Of a stretch of DNA of 64,000 bases, positions 1 through 11,143 are shown piece by piece (the stretch's first letter is position 1; every line of letters starts with the position of its first letter). The stretch lies in assembly GCA_010015585.1 (NCBI GenBank), contig ML975150.1. One strand, written 5' to 3'. The notes under the pieces were generated by a model. That model worked only from the letters and a program-made list of their open reading frames with translations, was not told the DNA's origin and did not search any database. This DNA comes from Eremomyces bilateralis CBS 781.70 (taxonomy: Eukaryota). The translations under genes were made by a program, and so were the position numbers.

Positions 1-126
1 CTGGCAGAGTCCAATTGTTAATATAGGAGTGATCCGTCATATTTCTAATAAGTGCAAGATATGTATGACGTGGATGAAATCAAAACATTGGAATCAAAGA
101 AATGAGAACTAAAAAGACAAAAATAG

Positions 127-231
127 TGACCCCCATCAGGGATTGAACCTGGGCCACCGCAGGTCCGTCAGTCATAGGGAGGAGCACTCACTCCTTCAAC
201 CGCGGTCTGATGGTGACTTTATCATCGGATC
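127..231 (-). pseudogene. Degenerate tRNA-like element (tRNA-His-like body, possible intron)
   Basis: Minus strand shows a T-arm CCAGG-TTCAATC-CCTGA, an anticodon stem CCGCG/TGCGG around a ~35-nt insert, an imperfect acceptor stem GATCCGA/TGGGGGTC-A and a downstream oligo-T. The D-arm/A-box is non-canonical. Confidence 0.4.
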
Positions 232-299
232 CTTGATATGAAATCTCCAATTAGTAGGTATATACTGCATGAGAATACTGGTTCCATTTAGGTATTCAC

Positions 300-1190
300 C
301 TCATGGTAATAGTCTGGGGCCAATGTCTGCCAGGTGGTCTACGCCTTACCTTGACCAGGTGATATCAAGGTCGGTTTTGAGGATATCATCAGCGCTTCGC
401 CAATGTTTGGATAGGCAAGTAGTCAATTTCTACCCGTCAGGATCGCTGTTGGCTAGATAGATATGGTACTGATATTCACATTGGCTGATGTCCTTGCCAG
501 GGGTTCACGTCAGAGTATCACATATTGAAGGGGGAAGGGGAATAGATCGAAGGATGCTAAGGCATTTAGAGACATTCAGTGACCTGAGACAGGCATGATA
601 GATATCTAATCCATTAGAATTCACGGGTTTAACCACTCTTGGTAACTGTCTGACCTAGGGACTCCCTTCCAGTTACAGCTCTCCTCTTCGCCTGGACAAG
701 TGGCAACGTTGTTGCACACCGTGGTCGGGAAGAGAGGGGATACTGTTAGAGGTATTCTAGATGATCGACCTTGGATACAAAATTGGATAGGAGATGAATA
801 CGAGTTGACAGGAACTCGAACCGCTCTCGAGTACGATATTTGATAGCATTTGGAATTTGATCCATAGAAATATTCGTGTGAGAATGGTGGTTTTTTCTTT
901 CAAACTAACAAAGCACAAAAAAAGGAGGCGTTTCTAAGTAGACATTGCGCAGAATAGGCTTGATTCAATAAAAAATAAGAGGCCAAACTTTTTGGTAGGT
1001 CTGATACTAGGCTGGAATAATACCATTCCGTATTGATATTCCTGACAGAATCATCATCATTGGATCCATGGCAGCTTCTAGGAGATACACACCATGGACA
1101 GCCGAGATCTCCTGGCATAGTAGATGCTAGAGGAGACAAACGACACCTCTCTCTATCTGGGAATCAACCTCCTGCGGACTTAATAATAAT
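300..1190 (+). pseudogene. Possible decayed protein-coding remnant of unknown family
   Basis: One frame reads protein-like (e.g. LHTVVGKRGDTVRGILDDRPWIQNWIGDEYELTGTRTALEYDI) but has many stops that could be CAA/CAG/CGA C-to-T changes. Stop density is near random, so support is weak. Confidence 0.3.
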
Positions 1191-2128
1191 TAATAATAGG
1201 AGCCGCTGAATGGAACAGTCAAGCGAGCTGCAAGATAAATGCATCTAAGGAGAGGTCTCAACAGTTCAAGGATTTTCTGCCCTCTTCAAGCACCTCGCCA
1301 ACCTCGCCCGCCTCACCAGCATAGAAAGCTGCAAAGCGATGCATGCAACCCAACAGAATTGCAGATCAACAGTTCCGGTGGCTGGGAAATGGTTCTACTT
1401 GGTGCAAGATATGACGACCAGCGCTGAACACGTCAAATATCTGGAACAGAGTGAGTACGCCGCATCCAATCGACAGACACCACGAGGTGTTATGCCGTGG
1501 TGAGTGGAGCTCGAGGCAGCGGTGGAGCGTCGTCAGTTTCGAAATTTGGAAGAGACGGAAATCGGAAGACACAACATGAACACGAGCAGAAGAATAATAA
1601 TAGCTCGTTTCTATCACCATGGCAATTGCCGAGAGACGAAAACGATGGAAGAGAGGGAGAGTGAGGGAGCCAGGGAGGAAGACGGAGGAGGTCGGGACTC
1701 GGGAGAGAGTCGTCGCGTCTATTCTCTCACCTCGTCTCATATCATCACATGCATTGGGTTTCATGGGGCAGGGGCCAATGACCTATCCCAACACGGTATA
1801 GCGCCAGATCGATGCATGGCAACAGTCGCGTAAACAAAACAAATGGTTTCTGGCCCCGTCTTTAATCTCCAGCCTTCTCACGCCTTTTCCTGCACCTCTT
1901 CTACTCGCTCACTCCACTCCTCCCTCTTCTTCTTACACATTACTGAACTACTTATTCTCACTTCCTCCAATTGTACGGATTGTATTTACGTTACTGCATC
2001 TCAGTTCATATTTGAATAATACATCAAGCCCAACTACTTCTCCCAACTCTGGATTGACTCAACCGAGTTAACCCCCCAAACCCCCATTTCCCACCTCACC
2101 TTTTCCAAAGGAGCCAAGAAGTTCTTTC

Positions 2129-3740
2129 TTGTCTTCCTTTCGAATTGCACCGAAGGTTCAGTTCGAGAGGTCTACAAGAAAGAGCGACCGCGACTCCGCC
2201 AACCTGGACTTTGACGCTCGCGTCCCGATCCCCTTCAGTGTCTTCCCGTCCTCATACCGGAGCGACGCTGCCACCAAACAATCAGAGCAAGTCAAAGTTG
2301 AAGGCGAGGTCAAGCTCTCTTCGACTGAGTCTCAGCGCGTAGGACGGGAAGGTCACGAAGCGCGATATACAACTTCCTTCGCTGCCTCCAAGGACCCTCG
2401 GGACCAAAGATTCAGGGAAGACGTTCGTATCCACGAAGAGAGAGCCGACTTCCGTCCGCGTGAGGAGTTTGAGAACGTTAAACGGTACGTATTTGACGCG
2501 TGTTTCTCACCTGTTTCTGACTCGGGTCGTTTTCAACGAAATTGGCCGTTTGTTTACGATTCGCTATGTCTGTCATCAACCCCTATTGTGGGGACCTCGG
2601 GATCACTTTGGTCCTAGCTCGGTGTGAGGTGGCTGTTTGTTGTCCAAGCAACCGCACTATGCTCTTGATTTCTTCTCCCAACAATCTTATTCTTCTGTTC
2701 TAACATCATCTTTTCTGCTGGACAGATACAATCGACCCTATCAACGCTACGTCAACGCCCAGATCGACGTCCAGGACCGCACCTACGACCGCGACTTCCA
2801 AGTAGTCCACGGTCCAGCCACCCACGCCGCCGAATCCCAGCTCGACGTCACCGAGCAACAGTACCGCGAACGTACTCGTCCTCACGAGCACGACAACGCC
2901 GAGAACCGTTTCGGAGCTTCTTACGGAGCCGGAGCCGCTGCTACCGCCGCAGCACCCTACCCCGAGTCGAACCGCGAAGAAGTTCGCTACTCGTCTCGGT
3001 CCACCGTCGACGCTCCTCGTCAGCACCGTCTTGACATGGGATACTACGACGACGAAGGCCAGTACCACTCCTTCCGCCGCGGATTGCACCGAGCTGCGGA
3101 TCGAGTCCTCCATCCCTTTGAACACCACCACGACCATCACCACCGCCACGGCCACGAAGAAAAACGCGAGCGCGTCGTTGTCCGTGACCGTGAACGAGAC
3201 TCCTTCGACGGCCCTAGCCCCTCCTCCGCATCTGTCTCCGGAGCCGACTTCGCACCGCGTCCCACCGCCTACGCACCGCCAGCAAGGATGCCGTCTAACG
3301 CCATCTCCATCCCATGCCACCACATCCGCATCGGCGACCTGCTGATCCTGCAGGGTCGCCCGTGCCAGGTGATCCGGATCACCACGTCCAGCCAGACTGG
3401 ACAGCACCGTTACCTCGGTGTCGATCTGTTCACCAAGCAGCTTCATGAGGAGTCGTCCTTCATCAGCAACCCGGGCCCATCCGTGGTCGTGCAGAACATG
3501 TATGGCCCGGTGTTCAAGCAGTACCGTGTCCTTGACATCCGTGAGGATGGCCGCGTCGTCGCCATGACCGAGGGCGGTGACATCAAGCAGGGTCTGCCGG
3601 TGCTTGACCAGAGCGATCTGTACAACCGTCTGGCTGACGCGTTCGATAATGGCCGTGGCAGCCTCCGTGTCTTGGTCATCAACGACAATGGTCGCGAGCT
3701 CGCCGTTGATTACAAGGTCGTCCATGGCTCCCGTCTTTAG
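2129..3740 (+). CDS. hex-1: Woronin body major protein HEX-1 (long form: exon ~2129-2484 plus exon 2726-3740; short form from ATG 3036)
   Basis: MGYYDDEG start, poly-His tract, eIF5A-like core IPCHHIRIGDLLILQGRPCQVIRI and C-terminal PTS1 SRL. The upstream exon carries the HexA-type ANLDFDARVPIPFSVFPSSYRSDA and splices in frame via intron 2485-2725 (GTACGT...TTCTAAC...CAG). Confidence 0.97.
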
Positions 3741-4255
3741 GTGTGTTCTGCCTGAATGCTCTTATTATTCCTATCCACAAGACTAACCTCTCCACAGACA
3801 TATCCGCCCATCGTGTCTGAATCTCCGCACATGTGACGATAATATGAGACTGTCAATATACTCCCGTTCTTGTCTTTGATTTTTCTTTGCTCTTGGTTAG
3901 GTATATACTTGACTGTTTGGCTTGCATTGCTGTATCGGCGTCATCATTACCCCCCTCGGTCAGCAAGACCTTTTCCAAGCAGGAGTATCGGGAGGCGTGC
4001 CTGCGGGTCCTAACTGGCCCAGTTTCGAGCCCGCTCTTGGAGCGTCGCGGAATTGGAAAATTCGGTTCGGGCATGGCGGCGTCGAGATGTGTATAGTTAT
4101 AGGTAGTTGATGAAAGCATTGCGTCTTGGTCTAGAATCGTTTCCGCTTAAAGTGCATTATGACAGCGATGTCGTTTAACTGCAATTAGTGTTAACGCAGT
4201 AATGCATTGTCCTCCGCCCTCAATCAGAGATCAGATACCTGGAAGGTATTCCATG

Positions 4256-5580
4256 TTAGAATCCCGCATAATTATCGTTCATCCCTTTTTGCAGTCTTCG
4301 GTCCCAGTCACTGATAGCATCAGTCCAGCACCCAGATACTGGTATGACCAATAAGCTAAACGCCTCGAAGGCTCTGTATTCAATCGATAGCCCGTTCGAG
4401 TTGAAACATTTCCAATAATTTGGTGTAGAGGCTAATCCTGCCATCGGGATAGAGCCATATCGCCTGAGCCAAGTTCTCAGTGTTCCGGTCCCCAAGGGTC
4501 GTTGACAGTTTGCAATCTAGTTGCCTGTATTCTCCATCTCCTGAATGACTTCAACATATTTATTTTTCGGTCGGTCAATATCTCTCGATCCCACTGTCTC
4601 TCGATAAAACGGTCCTTCAATTGCAGGCGGCACGATAGTCAGGTCCTTGGTGATCTCGACCGCTTCCCACGGAGCAGTAATCGCGTTTTCTCAGTCAATG
4701 ACGCTCAGAATGTTATACTGGCAGTCTACAATGTCGTTGCTTTTGTAGCGATCCGTATGGAACACGGAGAACGGGCCTTCTTGAAAGGAACATTGTCGGG
4801 AGGAGCTCGGAAGTCGTGATGGGAACTCCTTAATGGATAATAGCACCTCGTCTACAAGTTCTGGGGGCGTTCTTGCACGAATGGTGTTTTCGTTGAAGGG
4901 GGGAGCTTCGCTTGTTCTGCCCAGACTAGGAAAAAATCAGCAGCCGTGTCGATTGGGTCGCCAATGCCAGGAATCGGTCCTGTAGAATAGGTTCCATCGG
5001 GGAGTTTGATGATATTTCCAATCTTTGGAAACCGCACAGTCAGCTCAACCTGTGACGTATTAGTTTGATACCTTACTTTAATTCCAGCCATTGCACAATA
5101 AAATTTGTCCTTGAACTGCGGAGGCGTTTTGCCTCTATGTACAAAATAACTGCCGAATGAATCTATGGCGGTGTCGGCCGGAATGAATTCCATGATCATA
5201 AATGCCACACCGGCGACATTGTTGCTAGCCTCATACGCAAATATCTCTGAGACCGGAATCTTTGATCGTCCTCGAAGGACCTCGATTGCATGGATTTCGT
5301 GTATCAGACGCTGAAGAAACTCTCTGGTAGGTTGCTTGTGTTGAAGCCGTGCTATCCAACTGGTACCGTCGTCGAAATCGAGCCGCCGGACGATATATAA
5401 TCCACCCATACTGTACTTGGTAGAGAGCTCGCAAGTGGTTTGACCATCATTCTTGGTGTGTTTCTCCTTGGCGTGAATAGTGAACTCCTTGAAAGCAGTC
5501 TAGTTGATTGGGGGCAATAAGCTCTCCACACCTTTATCAAACGTTTTCCAGTCCAATGTGTCAGGCTTCACAACCGCATA
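4256..5580 (-). pseudogene. Aminoglycoside phosphotransferase/choline-kinase-like (APH family) pseudogene
   Basis: SMGGLYIVRRLDFDDGTSWIARL, FMIMEFIP, FPKIG and GPFSVFHTD...NILSVID*ENA (Trp changed to TGA); several frameshifts and stops. Confidence 0.75.
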
Positions 5581-5886
5581 CTAAGGTATCATGATGAACG
5601 AGCGCAACTCGCTGTATAAGTAAATAGTCGTCGAATATTTCCTGTGGTGGATACGGACCCGAGCCGAAGAAAGGTCTTGGTGAAGATGCAGGAAGAGTAG
5701 ACGGAGCGAAACCTAGTGTAGACCGCGGTTGATAATCAAGTATAAACCCACACGCACCCAGCCCTGTGAGATCATTCCACGTGCCAATAGTTCCAGGTTG
5801 GTTCATCTCGAGGTACCCGTAGAAGTCTTTGTGAATAGCTCGTATTCCTAGAATGATATGGTCTACGACCGTAAGATCTGATCGTA

Positions 5887-7535
5887 TTACCGCTGTTTTA
5901 GCTGGTCTCGATGAGATTCCCAGAAAGTCCTACAATCTAAAACTGTTGATCAGCCTAATTCTTCTCTGTCTCTAGCATATTATTCTTACCTGCATGCATC
6001 TTGACGTCTTCCACCCACCACTCTCCAAAGGCATCAACAACATCGTTATCCACTCCCATGACTCTCTCGTTCCTCTTCAAACCACACAGGGCACATTGGC
6101 CGCTTGAAGGAATCCCACCCTCCTCTTGCTTTAGCGACTTGACGGTCATATTCTCCTTGATATTAGGCACAGCAGCGAGACCTTGCCCGTTTGCACTTGA
6201 GCTTTTTGTCTTTGACACGAGCCCTCGGAGCCGCCCCACAATACCCTTCCATGCGTCAAGGACATCGACAACAGCACTATCTTCCCTCTCTTTCTCGCCT
6301 CGATCCACTCCGGCCAGTTTTAGCCCGCCACTTCTTCCACCTGCAGTGGCCGCGCCAATCTTCATCCCCTGTGAAAGGAGAGCATCTCGATTCCATCGTA
6401 CTTGACGACCGGCTAGTATTCTTGCCAGGACATGGATAAGAGATATGTATGCCTTGATGAAATCCAAGGTGATATCTTCGGACAGAGTCCTTGTCCGCAC
6501 CTCCTGAGGTAGAGTATTGAGAGGGGTAATTAGGTGCTTCACAACGAGACCCAGCAATGATACAAAAAGAGATAAGAGTACCGATGGAGGTGGGATGTTG
6601 GTCGGGGGTGCTGATATTGTTGGCTTACTATCCCTAACCATGATCTTCGGAAAAGGGCTAAGGGAGGATCTCATAACTGGTGGTGGAGAAACTGCAAGTT
6701 GTTCGAAGTCTTCCCAGGCTTCGTCTCGTTGCGGTGGCTTGGTTTCCGGCTTAGGGAACTTGACGGCAGGCTTTGCCTTGGTAGCGCCAAAGGATGGGCC
6801 ACCGGATGCCTTTGACATATTCTTTGGGGGAGCTGGAGATTCTTCCCCCAAGTGACCAAGTAGATCAATGCTGTCGGTGGCCATTAGAGGAGGTGCTGTT
6901 CGGCTCTGCGCAATAGTCGACTTTGTTCTTGTTTCCTCCTTTCTCGGAAGGGTTGCCGTCTCTATTCGTGCTTCTCGGTGTTCCAGGACAGCGCTCGTTG
7001 GAGCGACATCTTCAAAATCACCAAACTCGGCATCTGGGTCATTCCAAACCTCATCTTCTACATCAAAAAGAACATTCGGATCCCTCGGCTTTGAGCGAGG
7101 AGGTGGTCTCTGCGCCTTTTCCTGCGACGGTGCAGTAGCTTGCCCCTGCTCTTGCCGCGCCTGTTTCCCCTGATGAGGAGACTCTGAAACCTTTGAATCC
7201 ATCGAATTCAAGTAAATATCTGAATCCATATTGGCATCAGTCGTAATAGGAGCGGGAGACGCATCCTCGAAATCCCCCCAGTCGTCAGTGTCGCCGTCAT
7301 CATGGTCGTTTCCTGGTGCGGTGTCTTTCATCTGCGAAGGTATCCCGCTTGTGTATGGTGGCACGGCCTTAGTCGCATTTTTTTTAACCAGATCACCCCC
7401 AATTTGGCCGCCTTCATCATTTTCAAGACCAAGAAGATCATGAAAAGCCGAGTTTGTGGTTGGTTTTTGGATTTTGCGAGCAGTCGGAATCGGTTCGTCG
7501 TCGAGGTCGTCAAGACCCAGAAGATCCATGGACAT
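5887..7535 (-). CDS. Conserved fungal hypothetical protein with acidic-Phe motifs and a C-terminal Cys/His domain (intron 5937-5989)
   Basis: 526-aa ORF. The GTAAGA...CTGAT...TTTTAG intron adds the terminal exon DCRTFWESHRDQLKQR*. Contains CALCGLKRNERV...GEWWVE...H..C. Confidence 0.85.
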
Positions 7536-7835
7536 AATAACTACTTCCTTAACAAATTTCCCTTCCCATCAAATCCAAAAATCGGAACTTTTGATATTCA
7601 AATATTAGCTGATGCGACTTCGGCGATAATGTTGATGTTGAGGACGTCTCAGAGCAATGTTGTTAGGTTTTGCAGGTCGAATTTCCGAGCTTTGCAGCAG
7701 GTCGGCGGCGGCTTAGCAGGGAATGTAACGGTATCACCACAGCAAACAATACATCACTGCATCCCGATCATAGTTGATATAAACTATCAACGATCAAAAT
7801 ATAATCATTATTATATACGCCTTGCCCAGCCCTAC

Positions 7836-10800
7836 TCAGAACATGGATGATTCATTTTCACTAAGAGCATCGCCGATGGCCCCACCTTCGTTCAATGGCT
7901 CCGCTGTCTCTATTGTCCCATATCGTGACCATTGATACAATCCTTCCGGTCGAGGTAGTGGATTCCTCCAGGGCATGGCACGACTGATCGCCCAAGGCAA
8001 GACTATCCTCGTCTGGTATTCCACATGCCTTCGGGTTGGTGTATCGAAGATATAGTTCATTTCTTCCAAGGAAATATATTCCATATTCGCTGCGCTCTTG
8101 CTGATGGTCGCCCCAGACGTTTCTGGAACAAGGAAATAGCAAAGTAGGAACGCGATGATGTTGAGGCCAGCAAAGACATAGAGGATGCGGCCTTGCACTC
8201 TTGAGTATTCTATCCCTGTGCCAGCACCGCCTATAATGCGAGTCAAAGGTGGTACGAGGATGGTAAGAATACCTGAAACGGGAAACGATTAGTATCGTAT
8301 GCTAAGGGTTGGATACATCGCAGAGTAGGCGAGTGAATATAGTCTCTCCATGGCCTGCATTCGATTTGATTATCGTGAAAAAGGAGTTTGCTTACCAGCG
8401 AAGAAAAGATTTATAAAAACTCCAAAGGACATGCCGATCTCGCGATTCACGCTCATAAAAATCTCCGACGTAGTTGCGAAGGGAATGGGTCCGACTGGAC
8501 AGTATGTCAGGTGCTATTTTCATCAGTTTACTCATATGGCACATACCTCCAGGAGAGTAGAAGAACGTGAAGACCTGAGTAGGATGCTAGAGTTAGTGAA
8601 AAGAATCCACAGGGGATACGTTGCTAAGAATGATAAGGGATAAGAGGGGATGGATGGGGTATAGATTGGGAGAAGAAGGGAATAAGGATGCATACGAAGA
8701 TGAAAAATGACACGGCGCCAATACGAGCACTGTCTCCATTTATATAAAAACAGCTTCCGCACGCAATCAGACTGATCATCATGCCCGGAATCGAAATGAG
8801 CAAGAGTGGTCTCCGACCCCAGGACTCGACAAGGGAGTACGCTGGTAAGGCGAAACTGTACTATGTCAGCAGCTGGCCCGGCGTCAAGAGGGAGGGAATA
8901 TCTTACATGAAATTAGCCAAACCAAAGCCAAGGCTGAACCACAATGCTTGATAACGGCTCTCATTGACGCTCTCGAAGAACGTGGACCCGTAGAAGGCTA
9001 CAGAACTGAGTCAGTAAAGTTGGGGAAAAGGATAGTTGGGGAAAAGGATAGTTGGGGAAAAGGATAGTTGGGGAAAAGGATAGTTGGGGAAAAGGATAGT
9101 TGAGGAAAAGGATAGTTGGGGAAAAGGATAGTTGGCTTACCCAGAACATTGATACCGCAGAGCTGTTGAGAGACTGATACTTGTTAGGGTCTAAACTTGT
9201 TTCGTGTGAGGAACATCATACTCATCACAGCAAAGGAGGCGAGGGCACTTCTCCTTACTCTCTTCACCTTCCACAGTTGCAACACACGGTCCCAATACGA
9301 GATCTTATCAATCTCGTCCTGGTAAGTTTCAGCCTCGCCAAATCCCTCCAAGTTGGTCTGAATGCTATTCGTCTCCAGATCGCTATCGGTATCATTTCGG
9401 ACAACGTTGAACCCAATGTCCCGCCGTGAGGAGAATAGTCTCGTCTCAGCAAGAAGTTGGACGTGTATATAGAACAAATCTCGGGCAGCAATAATTGGAG
9501 ACTCCCGCAAAGCTAGGAGGCTTCGATAGGCCTTGTTGTATTGCTTCTTCTTAACAAGGTATCTCGGCGATTCTAAAACAGTGGTCAGTGACAAAGCGAC
9601 CCAGTCAGGAATTACACTTACCAGGAGCACAGAATACTAAGACTAGGAGAAATAGAGTAGGCAATACCGCAGTGGCAAATTGCACACGCCATGCCACACG
9701 GCCAATATCCGCGACTATAAGATTTGCAGCATAACCCCTATGTGAAAATTCAGTGTATGTCCTTGCATTGTGCAAGCGGTTTGACTTACAACGCAATACC
9801 TAGGGCATCCTTGTGCATGTCAGACACGATGAACCTCTATTCCCTTGAAATCGCTTACCATAATTTGCCAGTTGACTCCCAGAGTCCCTCTGATTTGTGC
9901 AGGGGCAATCTGTTTAGCCCAGGTCAGCGAGATGTTGCAGATAAGTCCAAATTAAGGAAAGATCTTGCCTCTGCGCTATAGATCGGTATGACGCTCGCCT
10001 TACACCCCATTCCGATCTGAATTGAGCTCTGTGTCAGTAGTCTTGTCTAGAATTCGACTCCGAGAAGACATTTACCCCTAATACAACTCGGGCCGCCATG
10101 AGACCGCCGACACTCTTTACAAACGCACTGGCGATTGATGCAGCGAAGATGCATAGCCCAGCAAAGAAAATGGCAGCACGGCGGCCCAAGAGGATTTCTT
10201 GCACAGGATCTGATATCCATGATCCGAAAAGGGCAGCAACGAAATAGCTGATTGCATTCACGCCGGAGAAATAGAAGACGTCCGAGATGTTGTAATCTTC
10301 ATGCCCCGGCATAATATGTAATCCTAACTCCTCAGGCCATGACAAATTGGCCCCTGTCCGACGAGTCAGTACAATTTTGATTTGAGTGCAGCAGTATGGG
10401 TGGTGTAGCGGGCAGGGTGTAGAAAGCGAGAGGAGGTGGGGTTGGAATGGTCCCTTACCAGCAGCTCCTGTCTGGTTCCAGCCCCTGAAAGGTCAGCATT
10501 TATGGCAAAGCACAAGCTCAAGCCCAGACATAATTGCCGGAAAAATATCTAGCAGGGTGATGCGAGCTGAAAGAGTACAACTCACTGAAGAATGGCTCCA
10601 AGACAGCAAGTTAAGACTGCAATCTAGAATGAGGACAATATCAGTCTTTCTGAACGAAACAGGAATGAAGGGAATGACTTGAGGATTTACCTTCAACTGC
10701 TTCGGCTGGTTCCAGAACCGTACAGAACCCTGGATTTCCGCATTGAGCGCATCCTTTTCTTCAGTCGTCAAACCGCTCACTGTGGGAGCCAGGCGTGGAT

Positions 10801-11143
10801 CGCGGGCACAGAATGCTGCTTTGACGAAAAGTCCTTCGAGTCCAGGAAACCCGAAGTGCTTTGCAAACTGAATTGCATTTTGCTGAATGACTTCGGGGCT
10901 ATACTGCTTCAAAGGATTGTCGATACTGAGAATGCGGTCAGTACAGTGACATTGTGGGGAGTGCAATAGTTTGGGACTCACGTCGCTTGCTCAAAGTTGA
11001 TAGTGGCTGGTGTAGCCGATTTCTCATTCCCCTAAATTGTCAGTAAAACATGCAGATAGCGAGGCGTGCTGTTGTAGACAGTGTGAAGTAATAGCGAAGT
11101 CTACACATACCTGCCTCATGGTGCTACTGGTATCCGGATCCAT
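7836..11143 (-). CDS. MFS sugar/polyol transporter (sugar porter family), multi-intron
   Basis: Exons give IDNPL, GWNQTG, LGRRAAIF, ARVVLG, ESPRYL, QQLCGIN, DSWGRR and YFLVPET; canonical introns throughout; first exon MDPDTSSTMRQ. Confidence 0.9.
9019..9135. repeat. Intronic minisatellite, 7.3 copies of 16-bp GTTGGGGAAAAGGATA
   Basis: Read directly; one copy has GTTGAGG. Lies inside transporter intron 8998-9140. Confidence 0.97.

Noticed and set aside
127..231. Selenocysteine tRNA
   Set aside because: No TCA anticodon in the loop on the tRNA-like strand and no long variable arm.
2706..3725. 339-aa antisense ORF to hex-1 (similar antisense ORFs over RPL4 and bglA)
   Set aside because: Expected by-product of strong C-ending codon bias.
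9019..9135. CRISPR-like or telomeric array
   Set aside because: Units are contiguous with no spacers, lie inside an intron of a eukaryotic gene, and are not TTAGGG-like.
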